Shown here: piece after piece, positions 1-8,116 of the stretch
Numbering within the stretch: position 1 is the first letter of the stretch
Layout: every line of letters begins with the position of its first letter
NCBI GenBank assembly: GCA_030167145.1
Contig: CP126532.1
Span: forward strand, 4,350,001-4,382,000
DNA: 32,000 bases
Origin: Ktedonobacterales bacterium
GTDB lineage: Bacteria; Chloroflexota; Ktedonobacteria; Ktedonobacterales; JADMIN01
Reading direction: 5' to 3'
Notes under the pieces: model-generated
Databases searched by the model: none
What the model was told of the DNA's origin: nothing
The model's input: only the letters and a program-made list of their open reading frames with translations
Program-made: the position numbers and the translations under genes

Positions 1-759
1 TAACGCATTTGCTTGTACTTTCAGGATTCCTTGAATATCCAGCCATTGCCGCTCGGAGGTTTCTCCGCCCATCCTGTACCATTCGAGCTTCGCAAGGATG
101 GTGTCTTCGGGTGACGGCCACACAAACGCGGGGTGCGTAGCTGCATCGCCTGGCTCCTGCCTGCGTATCCGGCTGAAAGCTTCGTGGTCAAATGGCCGTG
201 ATTTGAGAACAAAGACATCAATCTTGACGGTGGTATCGAAGTGGATCAGGTTGAAGGAACTCTGCCGCTGAATAGCATCACGGGCAGCTAGCTCATCAAC
301 GTAGTAAGTATTCTGAAGTTGTGCTATGAATGGCTTCACGTGCTCTAGTTTGAGGTCCGCAACGAGGTCAACGTCCATAGTTGAGCGCGGCCTGCCATAG
401 AGCGAGCTAGCGACGGAGCCACCAATGTAGTAGGGGATGCCCATCTGCTCAAGTGCGTCGATAACCGGGACCAGCGCCGCTAAGACTGATGGCTGCATAT
501 TCACGATGGTTCTCCCCAGTAAGGATATGCGCACCCGCTCCGCGAGTGGCAGCACATATCGCGAGGCGAGTGACGCGAGACGCACTTCATGCTCATCAAA
601 TTCTGGGTGAAGCTCTCTGATTCCTTGCCAGGAAAGCTGTAGTACCCATTGACTCAGCGACATTGCCAATTCCAGGCGCCTGGCGGGGGAGGCGCGACGC
701 AGCAGTTCGATCTGCACGCGCTCGGCTTCGGGGGTGGTGTCTGGGGATTGGGTTTTCAT
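1..759 (-). CDS. Nucleotidyltransferase-fold (pol-beta superfamily) protein with an approx. 85-aa helical N-terminal extension; 3' end runs off the window
   Basis: Absent from the ORF track because it has no stop in-window. My translation from ATG at 759 (cat 757-759) is open to position 1: MKTQSPDTTPEAERVQIELL...MGIPYYIGGSVASSLYGRPRSTMDVDLVADL...PEDTILAKLEWYRMGGETSERQWLDIQGIL. It carries the GS...DxD nucleotidyltransferase signature. Confidence 0.65.
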   Translation of the reverse strand, partial: MKTQSPDTTPEAERVQIELLRRASPARRLELAMSLSQWVLQLSWQGIRELHPEFDEHEVRLASLASRYVLPLAERVRISLLGRTIVNMQPSVLAALVPVIDALEQMGIPYYIGGSVASSLYGRPRSTMDVDLVADLKLEHVKPFIAQLQNTYYVDELAARDAIQRQSSFNLIHFDTTVKIDVFVLKSRPFDHEAFSRIRRQEPGDAATHPAFVWPSPEDTILAKLEWYRMGGETSERQWLDIQGILKVQANAL

Positions 760-865
760 GTGTGGTGGCCCTTTGGCTCGCGCGGAGAGGCGGCGTCTCC
801 TCAGCTACAGGATAGCACGCGCGGCGCGGGAAAGCGAGCGACTGTCGCGACACGGGAGTGGTGAG

Positions 866-1246
866 TTAGAGGGCGTTCTGGTCGGTCGGATGTTCGCGCA
901 GGGTTTGGGCACGCCGCCAGGGCCATTCGCCTTCGATCTCGACTTCGAGCGACCAACTCAGGAAGGTGCGGACGAGGACGATCAGCCCCAGGACGATGAC
1001 GCTCTGGAGTGTGGGCGCTACCGCGACGGTGCGAACGATGTCGGCGGCGATCAGGAATTCCAGGCCGAGCAGGATGGCAGAGCCAAGGTTGCGGCGCAGG
1101 CCACGATAAGCCGCCCGCATGTTGCGGTGACGGACGAGCACATCCGCGTAGCGCACCAGGGCGATGACAGCGCCAAGCACGAGCAGGGCGACGCCCACTG
1201 CCTCGAAGACTGATCCGATGTACTCTACGGGATGGGCAACATCCAT
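866..1246 (-). CDS. DUF1622 family small membrane protein
   Basis: 126-aa ORF. The motifs GLEFLIAADIVRT and LVRTFLSWSLEVEIEG match my memory of the DUF1622 consensus. Hydrophobic helices are present. Confidence 0.75.
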   Translation of the reverse strand: MDVAHPVEYIGSVFEAVGVALLVLGAVIALVRYADVLVRHRNMRAAYRGLRRNLGSAILLGLEFLIAADIVRTVAVAPTLQSVIVLGLIVLVRTFLSWSLEVEIEGEWPWRRAQTLREHPTDQNAL

Positions 1247-1319
1247 GAATTACGCTCCTGGGCAACCAGATTCGCGCACGGTGGCGGCACACTCTGATGG
1301 CCCACAGCGCATAAAATGA

Positions 1320-1343
1320 GCCACCCGCGTTACGGCGGGTGGC
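1320..1343 (-). terminator. Hairpin terminator downstream of the flotillin gene
   Basis: 9-bp GC-rich stem gccacccgc / gcgggtggc with a 6-nt loop. On the minus strand it is followed by tcattttat. Confidence 0.5.
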
Positions 1344-1378
1344 CTGGGTGTTTCGCGTGCGTCGCGTGCGCCCGATGC

Positions 1379-3112
1379 TTAGCGGCTGCGTTGGCGGCGC
1401 GGGCCGGATGGGCGCGTGTTGTTGGTCGCGCCGCCACGTGTTGGCGCGACGCTTGCTGTTGTGTCGCTGTCACCGGTTGAGACGGCGGCGGTGGAAGTAT
1501 CGGATGTATCGGACGGGTTGGGAGTGTCATTAGGTGTGCCGTTGTTTCTCGCCATGGGTGTGCCAGTGGCGTCCGTGTCACTGGTAGTATTCTTTGGCGG
1601 CTCAGCGGTTTCGGAAGCTGGAGTCGCGGTGCTATCTACGACGGTTCGCAGGCCCGGCACACGCGCCAGCAGTTCATCCATCTGCATGCCAGTGAGCGCC
1701 TGGAGGACCGCTGGCACCTGCGCCAGCATATTCACCATGTCGCCGGTGATGCGGCTCGCGCCAAGACTGCCGTCGCCGTTTGCGCCGGTGGAGACGATGC
1801 TGATGCGGTCCACTTTGCTGAGCGGCTCGGCCAGCGCGCGCACGATGTCGGGCAGGTTGCTGACGACTTTATCGAGGACGGCGGCCTGGTTGTATTCCTG
1901 ATATGCTGCCGCTTTGACGCGCATCGCTTCAGCTTCGGCCTCGCCCTTGGCGCGGATGACCTCGGCTTCGGCGAGGCCGCGCAATCGTGAGGCTTCGGCT
2001 TCTGCAGCGCCGCGCACCTTCGCCGCTTCGGCCTCTGCCGCCGCCTGCGCCCGCAGTGCCGTCGCGCGGCCCTCGGCTTCGAGCGACATGCGCTGGCGCT
2101 CGGCCTCGGCCAACTGCTGCACGCGCTGCTTTTCGGCTTCGGCGGCTTTGATGACGGTGGCCTCTAGCTCCATCTGACGGCGATGGGATTCAGCTTCCTG
2201 CACCTTGATCTGCGCGGTCTTCTCGATCTCTTGCGCGCGGGCGGTTTCGGCGACGATCTGCTGCTGGACCACCTGCGATTGCAGATCGCTGGCCTTGTCG
2301 GCAACTACCTGCTGCTTCTTGACTTCGGCATCGTAGGAGGCGCGCTTGAGCGCGAGATCGCGCTGGAACTCAGCCTGTTTTGCCTGAGAGGTGGTCTCGG
2401 CCTCGACACGCGCCTGATCCGCGGCGGACTTGGCTACCGCTGATTCGCGCGTGGCGGCAGCCTGCTGGATCTGGGTATCGCGTGCGGCGAGGGCGGCGGC
2501 GATATTCGCCTCTTTCTTGATGCGCTCGATCTCCGGGCGGCCCATGTTGGCGATATAGTCGTTATCGTCGCGCACTTCCTTGATGGTGAAGCTCACGACT
2601 TCCAGCCCCATTTTGGCGAGGTCGGCGGAACTGGTGGTGCGCATCTTTTCGCTGACCATCTCCGGCTCTTTAACGATCTGTTCGACGGTGAGCTGGCCGA
2701 CGATGCCGCGCAGGTGGCCTTCCATCACCAGCCGGATCAACGCCTGCCGTTGATCCCAGGTCTTGCTGAGGAATTGCTCGGCGGCGGTGAGGATGCTGTC
2801 GCGGTCGTTGCGCACCTTGAGTTGCGTCACCGCCTCGACCATCACCGACACGCCCTGATTGGTGTAGAGATTTTGCTGAGGCGCGACATCGAACGACATC
2901 AGCTCCAGCGAGAATACATCGGCGCGCTGGATGATGGGAACAACGAGCCTACCTGTGCCGGTGAGCGCATGCATCTCGCCTTTGCCATAGACGATGAGCG
3001 CCTGGTTCGGGCCGACTTTGCGGTAGAGCCGACTGTAGAGATTGATGACCAGGATGACCGCCAGCACCAGCGCCAGCGCGACGACGATGACCGTTACTAA
3101 CACGCCGCTCAT
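1379..3112 (-). CDS. Flotillin (SPFH/band-7 domain; FloT/YqiK-like) with an Ala/Glu-rich coiled coil and a long low-complexity C-terminal tail
   Basis: 577-aa ORF with an N-terminal TM helix and an SPFH core (NQALIVYGKG...VPIIQRADVFSLELMSFDV...). EA-repeat flotillin region AEAEAAKVRGAAEAEASRLRGLAEAEVIRAKGEAEAEAMRVKAAAYQEYNQAA. An NfeD-like gene lies immediately upstream. Confidence 0.9.
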   Translation of the reverse strand: MSGVLVTVIVVALALVLAVILVINLYSRLYRKVGPNQALIVYGKGEMHALTGTGRLVVPIIQRADVFSLELMSFDVAPQQNLYTNQGVSVMVEAVTQLKVRNDRDSILTAAEQFLSKTWDQRQALIRLVMEGHLRGIVGQLTVEQIVKEPEMVSEKMRTTSSADLAKMGLEVVSFTIKEVRDDNDYIANMGRPEIERIKKEANIAAALAARDTQIQQAAATRESAVAKSAADQARVEAETTSQAKQAEFQRDLALKRASYDAEVKKQQVVADKASDLQSQVVQQQIVAETARAQEIEKTAQIKVQEAESHRRQMELEATVIKAAEAEKQRVQQLAEAERQRMSLEAEGRATALRAQAAAEAEAAKVRGAAEAEASRLRGLAEAEVIRAKGEAEAEAMRVKAAAYQEYNQAAVLDKVVSNLPDIVRALAEPLSKVDRISIVSTGANGDGSLGASRITGDMVNMLAQVPAVLQALTGMQMDELLARVPGLRTVVDSTATPASETAEPPKNTTSDTDATGTPMARNNGTPNDTPNPSDTSDTSTAAVSTGDSDTTASVAPTRGGATNNTRPSGPRRQRSR

Positions 3113-3379
3113 ATGTTCTCAACCCTGTCGCGGCTGATTGTGGCCGCGCCCTTTCTCTGCCTGCGAATGCGCTCCTCGCGCCGACTTTGGCGCCCACCGC
3201 TCGTGTGCTGGCAGGCGTATGGATGTTGTGTTGCGGTGCTTGCTTCGCTCTATTTCAGACGAGTTTGTAATGATTGGATGTGGTTCGTATGGTCCGCGCT
3301 GTCCTGCGCTGGATGAACGTCAGTGTTCATCGTCGCTGAGGCTGATGTTGCTGTGCTTTGGATGTTTCAGAATAGAGTC

Positions 3380-4165
3380 TTACCCTTGCCGGTCAAGCGG
3401 CTCCAGTTGTGGCGTATCACCCGCGCGAAGGCTGGCAGAGAAGTGGTCCCATGACTGGACGCTGGCGATGCCGTCGCGGTAGTCCAGCACGACAATTTCG
3501 GCGCCCGTGGGAATCGCCTCGCCATCCACGGAGCGCGCGCCGACGCTGCTGCGGGCGCCGGTGACTCCGGGATAGATGACTTCGCCGATGCCGCCGGGAC
3601 GAATGGCGATGCTCACCGTGCCAAGGCGTCCTTCGAGTTGCGAGCTGGCGCGGGTGAGCAGGCCGCTGTCGTCATCGCCGACGAAGAGCCGAGCCAGCAG
3701 CAGGCTGCTGCCTACGGCGGAGATGAGGCCGACGAGCAGCGCAACGGCTATGGTGGCTACCGCGCCGAGGTTCGCGACGTTGTTCAGCAGGTAGCCGACC
3801 AGACCGAAGATGAGCAGGAAGATGAGCAGGCCGTAGAGATTCAGGCTGGCGGAAAGCGCGTGCGTCAGCATGCTCAGCGGCGAACTGGCGACGGTGGACG
3901 ACGTGCTATCCGTGCCGTTGGCGGTGTGCGCGGTGTGCGCGCCGTTGTGGACCGCGTGGCCGGTATCAGCGACGTGCGCCGCATGACCCGCATGGCCGGT
4001 GTCACCGCTAAGGTGCAGCCCATGGCCGCCGGTGTCGCCGCCGAGGTGAACGCCATGCGCGTGGCCCAGGCCCGTCACCGTGGAGATGACAAGGAATCCG
4101 CCAGAGAACACGATACAGCCGATGCAAAGCAGTGACAGCGGATCGGTGGCGATCATCTGTGCCAC
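3380..4165 (-). CDS. NfeD/YqiJ-like membrane protein (flotillin partner) with an N-terminal His-rich tract and a C-terminal OB-fold-like domain
   Basis: 261-aa ORF. The C-terminus GRLGTVSIAIRPGGIGEVIY...GAEIVVLDYRDGIASVQ resembles the NfeD soluble domain. TM helices lie in the middle. Position upstream of flotillin matches the yuaF-yuaG and yqiJ-yqiK arrangement. Start is ambiguous: GTG 4165 or ATG 4156, with AGGAGG upstream. Confidence 0.75.
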   Translation of the reverse strand: MAQMIATDPLSLLCIGCIVFSGGFLVISTVTGLGHAHGVHLGGDTGGHGLHLSGDTGHAGHAAHVADTGHAVHNGAHTAHTANGTDSTSSTVASSPLSMLTHALSASLNLYGLLIFLLIFGLVGYLLNNVANLGAVATIAVALLVGLISAVGSSLLLARLFVGDDDSGLLTRASSQLEGRLGTVSIAIRPGGIGEVIYPGVTGARSSVGARSVDGEAIPTGAEIVVLDYRDGIASVQSWDHFSASLRAGDTPQLEPLDRQG

Positions 4166-4200
4166 TTGCCTCCTGTCGCAGTGGCCGGGAGCGCCATTGG

Positions 4201-4518
4201 TTAGCGCTCGACCGGCTCAGGAATGGGGCGTGGCTCTTCGAGCCGCGCCTCGGAGAATTGCCGCACACGCTGGACGACCGCAGCGAAGTTGATACCCCAG
4301 CCAAGGCCGATGGCGTGTGGCGCGAGTATACTCTCGTTTGCCGGGTTCCAATACTCGCGTGCGATGTCGCTCCAATCGCTGAGGCGGAAGTTGTAAGGCA
4401 CACCCGCGACCTTTCCCTTCCAGGTGCGCTCTTCCGGCTTCTTTGCCAACTCCTGCCCGATGGCCGCGGCGGTCAGGCCCGTCACGACACCGGTCATGAA
4501 TGAACTCAGCTTGCCCAT
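4201..4518 (-). CDS. Small membrane-associated protein, DUF5808-like
   Basis: 105-aa ORF with ATG start and an N-terminal TM helix (MTGVVTGLTAAAIG). The motif IGLGWGINF resembles the GxGWxxNF core I recall for DUF5808. Confidence 0.55.
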   Translation of the reverse strand: MGKLSSFMTGVVTGLTAAAIGQELAKKPEERTWKGKVAGVPYNFRLSDWSDIAREYWNPANESILAPHAIGLGWGINFAAVVQRVRQFSEARLEEPRPIPEPVER

Positions 4519-4679
4519 ACGATTTTCTCTTCCCCTTGCCGCCCAGTTTCGTCCGCCATCCTCACATCTATCTTCACTACATCATTACGCATAACGATGC
4601 GCGAACGTTGCGCTCTGGCCCGCATGCTCGTCGCGTTTCGCGCTTCTTGGGGTGGCTCTGGCCGAATCGCGCTGGATTC

Positions 4680-4708
4680 TTGCCGCCGCGCCCCGTGGCC
4701 TCTATACT
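4680..4708 (+). promoter_or_regulatory. Candidate sigma-70-type promoter for galE
   Basis: ttgccg (4680-4685), 17-nt spacer, tatact (4703-4708), about 85 nt upstream of the galE ATG. Confidence 0.35.
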
Positions 4709-4794
4709 GAATGCGCCACAGGGGCAGCGGCGAAGGCGCCGCGCGACACAGGAGCGGCGGCCTGCCGCATGAGTGATGGATGGGAATGTAGAAC

Positions 4795-5772
4795 ATGCAG
4801 GTGTTGGTGACCGGCGGGGCCGGATATATTGGCAGTGTGATCGTGGAAGAGTTGGTACGCGCGGGACATACGCCGGTGGTCTACGATGCGCTGGCGAAAG
4901 GGCATCTGAAGGCGCTGGCGCCAGAGATTCCGTTTGTGCGCGGGGAGGTGGCGGACGCCGACCGGCTGCGGACTGCGCTGCTGGAATATCAGATTGAAGC
5001 GGTAATCCACATGGCGGGGCTGATCGAGGTTGGCCTTTCAGTGACGAATCCCGACCGCTTCTTCGAGACGAATGTGGGCGGCACAATCAGTGTCTTGCGC
5101 GCGATGATTGACGTGGGTGTGCGGAAGCTGGTTTTCAGTTCGACGGCAGCGCTCTACGGCGACCCGGAACAGTTGCCGATTGCTGAAGATGCACCGACGC
5201 AGCCGACGAATCCGTATGGGCAGTCGAAGTTGATGGCGGAGCAGATGATGCGGTGGGTGGCTCCGGCGCACGGACTGACCTGCACGGCGCTGCGCTACTT
5301 CAACGCGGCGGGCGCGACGGAGCGCAACGGCGAGATGCATGATCCCGAAACGCACCTGATTCCGCTGGTGCTGAAGGCGGCGGCGGAGAAGCGCGCGATT
5401 CCGATCTTCGGGACGGATTATCCGACGGCTGATGGGACGACGGTGCGCGACTATGTGCATGTGGTGGATCTGGCGCAGGCGCATCTGCGGGCGCTGAGCC
5501 GCGAGGAGCCGGGGCTGCGCATCTATAACGTGGGCAACGGCAACGGCTATTCGGTGCGGCAGGTGATCGAGGCGGCGCGCGAGGTGACGGGCGCGGAACT
5601 GCCCATCGAGGAGCAGCCGCGCCGCGCGGGCGATCAGGTGGCGACGGTGGCCAGTTCGGAGCGCATTCGCCGCGAGCTAGGCTGGGAGCCGCAGCACGCG
5701 GACCTGCGCGACATCCTGGGCAGCGCGTGGCGGTGGATGCAGAGCCATCCGAAGGGGTATGAGGAAGCATAG
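4795..5772 (+). CDS. galE: UDP-glucose 4-epimerase
   Basis: 325 aa. N-terminal Rossmann motif VLVTGGAGYIGS, an SDR YxxxK region (PYGQSKLMAE) and LRYFNAAGA, all typical of GalE. Confidence 0.9.
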   Translation: MQVLVTGGAGYIGSVIVEELVRAGHTPVVYDALAKGHLKALAPEIPFVRGEVADADRLRTALLEYQIEAVIHMAGLIEVGLSVTNPDRFFETNVGGTISVLRAMIDVGVRKLVFSSTAALYGDPEQLPIAEDAPTQPTNPYGQSKLMAEQMMRWVAPAHGLTCTALRYFNAAGATERNGEMHDPETHLIPLVLKAAAEKRAIPIFGTDYPTADGTTVRDYVHVVDLAQAHLRALSREEPGLRIYNVGNGNGYSVRQVIEAAREVTGAELPIEEQPRRAGDQVATVASSERIRRELGWEPQHADLRDILGSAWRWMQSHPKGYEEA

Positions 5773-5779
5773 TCAATCT

Positions 5780-5818
5780 TCTGCCCCCTCATTGGTATCT
5801 TACGCCTGAGGGGGCAGA
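5780..5818. terminator. Hairpin between convergent galE and the CysRS-family gene
   Basis: Perfect 12-bp inverted repeat tctgccccctca / tgagggggcaga with a 15-nt loop. There is no clear U-tract on either strand. Confidence 0.45.
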
Positions 5819-5831
5819 GATACGGCCCAAA

Positions 5832-7070
5832 TTAGAGCGTCAGGCCGAGTACGCTCGCCAGGTTGCGCAGCATGACGGACTGCGCCGGGGAGCCGCTGGC
5901 GTGGGCGCTGGCGGCGAGGCGGTCGAGCGCGGCGAGCGCGCGTTCGGTGTGGAAGTCGTCTTCGAGCGCGGCGAGGAGTTCCAGGCACGCCTGCTGCGAG
6001 GGGTCTACTCTCTCTCCTGGCCCTTCCTCCACAGAGAGCGGGGTGGGCGACTCGTCTTCCACAGGGAGTGAGGCGCTGAGTGTCGCGGCATCTTTCAGGC
6101 GTGCGGCGAGGGCGGCGGCGGCGCGCATATCCGCATCGGTGTATTCCCAGGCGTCGCGGTAGTGATGTGAGAGCAGCATCACGCGGATGGCGTCGGGTGA
6201 GTAGTCGGGCAGCAGGTTGCGGACGAGGATGAGGTTGCCGAGCGACTTGCTCATCTTCTCGCCGTCTAGCTCTACCATGGCGCAGTGCATCCAGATGCGG
6301 ACGAACGGGCGGACATCGGTGGCGTTCTCGCTCTGGGCGATCTCGCAGGTATGATGCGGGAACATCAGGTCCGCGCCGCCGCCGTGGATGTCTACACGTG
6401 GGCCGAGGTATTTGACGGCCATGGCGCTACACTCGATATGCCAACCGGGCCGCCCCGGCCCCCAGGGGCTGGGCCACGCTGGCTCGCCGGGCTGCTGTCC
6501 CTGCCATAGCACGAAGTCTAGCGGGTCAATCTTGCGGGGGTCGTCGGGGAAGTTGCCGCGCTCGTTGGCCGTCTTGAGCCAGTTTTGGTAGCCTACGTAG
6601 CCAGCGGCGTCGGCCAGCTTGCCGAAGTCGGGGTCGCGCTTGACGGCGAAATAGACCCAACCATCGCGGATGTAGGCCAGATCTTTGGCCAGCAGGGCTT
6701 CGATCAGTTCGATCATCTTGGCGGTTTCCTGGCTGGCGTAGACGTAGTGGTCGGGTATCGCGACGTTGATCGCGCGCAGATCACTGAGGTAGCGGTCGGT
6801 TTCGCGCCGGCCAAGCCCGTCCCAGGTCATGCCCAGTTCGCGCGACTTACGTAAGATATCGTCGTCAATGTCGGTCACGTTCTGCACGTAGGTGACACTC
6901 AGCCCGCGCCAGCGCAGGTAGCGCACGAGCGTGTCGTAGATGACGTTGATGAAGGCGTGCCCGAGGTGTGTCGTATCGTAGGGCGTGATGCCGCAGACAT
7001 AGAGCGTGACGGCGTTATTGACCGGAGCTAGCGGCTCGGTCTCTTGGCTCAGCGTATTAAACAGGCGCAT
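5832..7070 (-). CDS. cysS: Class-I cysteine ligase of the CysRS family (annotated most simply as cysteine--tRNA ligase, but with short MshC-like architecture)
   Basis: The true start is most likely ATG at 7070 (MRLFNTLSQETEPL...), giving 412 aa. HIGH-type motif THLGHA, KMSKS present, WPSPWGPGRPGWHIECSAM, DIHGGGADLMFPHH. The upstream 117 codons of the maximal ORF overlap tatD and look non-coding. Confidence 0.85.
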   Translation of the reverse strand: MRLFNTLSQETEPLAPVNNAVTLYVCGITPYDTTHLGHAFINVIYDTLVRYLRWRGLSVTYVQNVTDIDDDILRKSRELGMTWDGLGRRETDRYLSDLRAINVAIPDHYVYASQETAKMIELIEALLAKDLAYIRDGWVYFAVKRDPDFGKLADAAGYVGYQNWLKTANERGNFPDDPRKIDPLDFVLWQGQQPGEPAWPSPWGPGRPGWHIECSAMAVKYLGPRVDIHGGGADLMFPHHTCEIAQSENATDVRPFVRIWMHCAMVELDGEKMSKSLGNLILVRNLLPDYSPDAIRVMLLSHHYRDAWEYTDADMRAAAALAARLKDAATLSASLPVEDESPTPLSVEEGPGERVDPSQQACLELLAALEDDFHTERALAALDRLAASAHASGSPAQSVMLRNLASVLGLTL

Positions 7071-7884
7071 GGAAGCTGGTATCCTCCTGTGGGTCGAGCG
7101 GTGGCAAGCGAAAAAGTGCGGTTGCGTTGCGGGTGGTGGCGTCGGCGAGCGCATCGAGTGTGAGGCCGCGAGCTTCCGCGATGCGGGCGGCGACAAGCGC
7201 GACATGGCGCGGCTCGTTGCGTTTGCCGCGGAAGGGCGGCGGAGCAAGATAGGGGCTATCGGTCTCGACCAGGATGCGGTCGAGCGGCGCCCAGGCGGCG
7301 ACCTCAGCCAGTTCGGTATTGCGTGGGAAGGCAACCGGCCCGGCGAAGGAGAGATAGAAGCCAAGGTCCAGCGCGTCGCGCGCCATGCTTTTGTCGCCGA
7401 TGAAGCAGTGGAAGACGCCACGCAGCCCCGCGCCGTGCTGGCGCAGATGGGCGATCATGTCGGCGTGGGAGTCGCGGTTGTGCAGGATGACGGGCAGATC
7501 AAGTTCACGCGCCAGGGCAAACTGGCTGATGAGCGCGCCGCGTTGGGTGTCTTGTGGTGAGAGGTTGCGGTAGTAGTCGAGGCCAATCTCGCCGATGGCG
7601 ACCACGCCGGGTGAGCCGGCTAGCTCACGCTGAGCGGCGAGGGCATCGGGCGTGAGGGTGTCGGCGTCGTGTGGGTGAGTGCCCACGCCCGCGAAAATGC
7701 GCCCCGGATACGCGGCGGCAAGCGCGACGGCCTCGCGGCTGCTCTCTACCTCGATACCCGGCACAATCATGCGCCCGATCCCTTCGGCGAAGGCGGCGGC
7801 GATGACCTCGGGGCGGTCGGAGTTAAACTGACGCACCTGAACATGTGCGTGGGAATCTATGAGCAAGGGATAAGTCCTCAGCAT
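7057..7884 (-). CDS. TatD family metal-dependent hydrolase/DNase
   Basis: MLRTYPLLIDSHAHV... with HxH at the N-terminus, plus later VGTHPH, GEIGLDY, VILHNRDSH and ETDSPYL motifs. Preferred start is ATG 7884; GTG 7944 is the alternative. The stop overlaps the next gene's start by 14 nt. Confidence 0.85.
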   Translation of the reverse strand: MLRTYPLLIDSHAHVQVRQFNSDRPEVIAAAFAEGIGRMIVPGIEVESSREAVALAAAYPGRIFAGVGTHPHDADTLTPDALAAQRELAGSPGVVAIGEIGLDYYRNLSPQDTQRGALISQFALARELDLPVILHNRDSHADMIAHLRQHGAGLRGVFHCFIGDKSMARDALDLGFYLSFAGPVAFPRNTELAEVAAWAPLDRILVETDSPYLAPPPFRGKRNEPRHVALVAARIAEARGLTLDALADATTRNATALFRLPPLDPQEDTSFHAPV

Positions 7885-8116
7885 AAGGATTTCGACAGGC
7901 GTCTGCCAGACGCCCCTACGGGTTGGGAGCGGATGGGCGTCCACCGGACGCCCCGACGAAGCGGGACGTATGGCGGCACTTCAGAAGTATAGGGAGCGGG
8001 ATTGCATGCTGTCAAATGTGAAGCATAGCGAGTACAATAGACGTTACGTATCCGTCAACCACTGCCAGCGCTCAATGCGCATAGGCAATCAGACCATGTG
8101 AGAGAGTGAAGGTTGT

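Noticed and set aside
734-1292. ORFs of 159 aa (plus strand) and 163 aa (minus strand) overlapping the DUF1622 gene
   Set aside because: The 126-aa frame gives the recognisable DUF1622 motifs and TM helices. The others are Arg/Pro-rich shadows.
3250-3330. 26-aa minus-strand ORF (MNTDVHPAQDSADHTNHIQSLQTRLK) in the 267-bp NfeD-flotillin spacer
   Set aside because: It has no convincing SD, is very short, and may simply be chance. The spacer itself is flagged in the findings instead.
7071-7421. 117-codon N-terminal extension of the CysRS-family ORF (track ORF 5832-7421)
   Set aside because: The extension lies entirely inside tatD in another frame and is Ser/Pro/Arg-rich. CysRS/MshC homology begins right at MRLFNTL (ATG 7070). 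Similar spurious 5' extensions were trimmed for mdh, GDPD, IMPase, etfB, the Fe-S oxidoreductase, the receiver-like gene and tldD.
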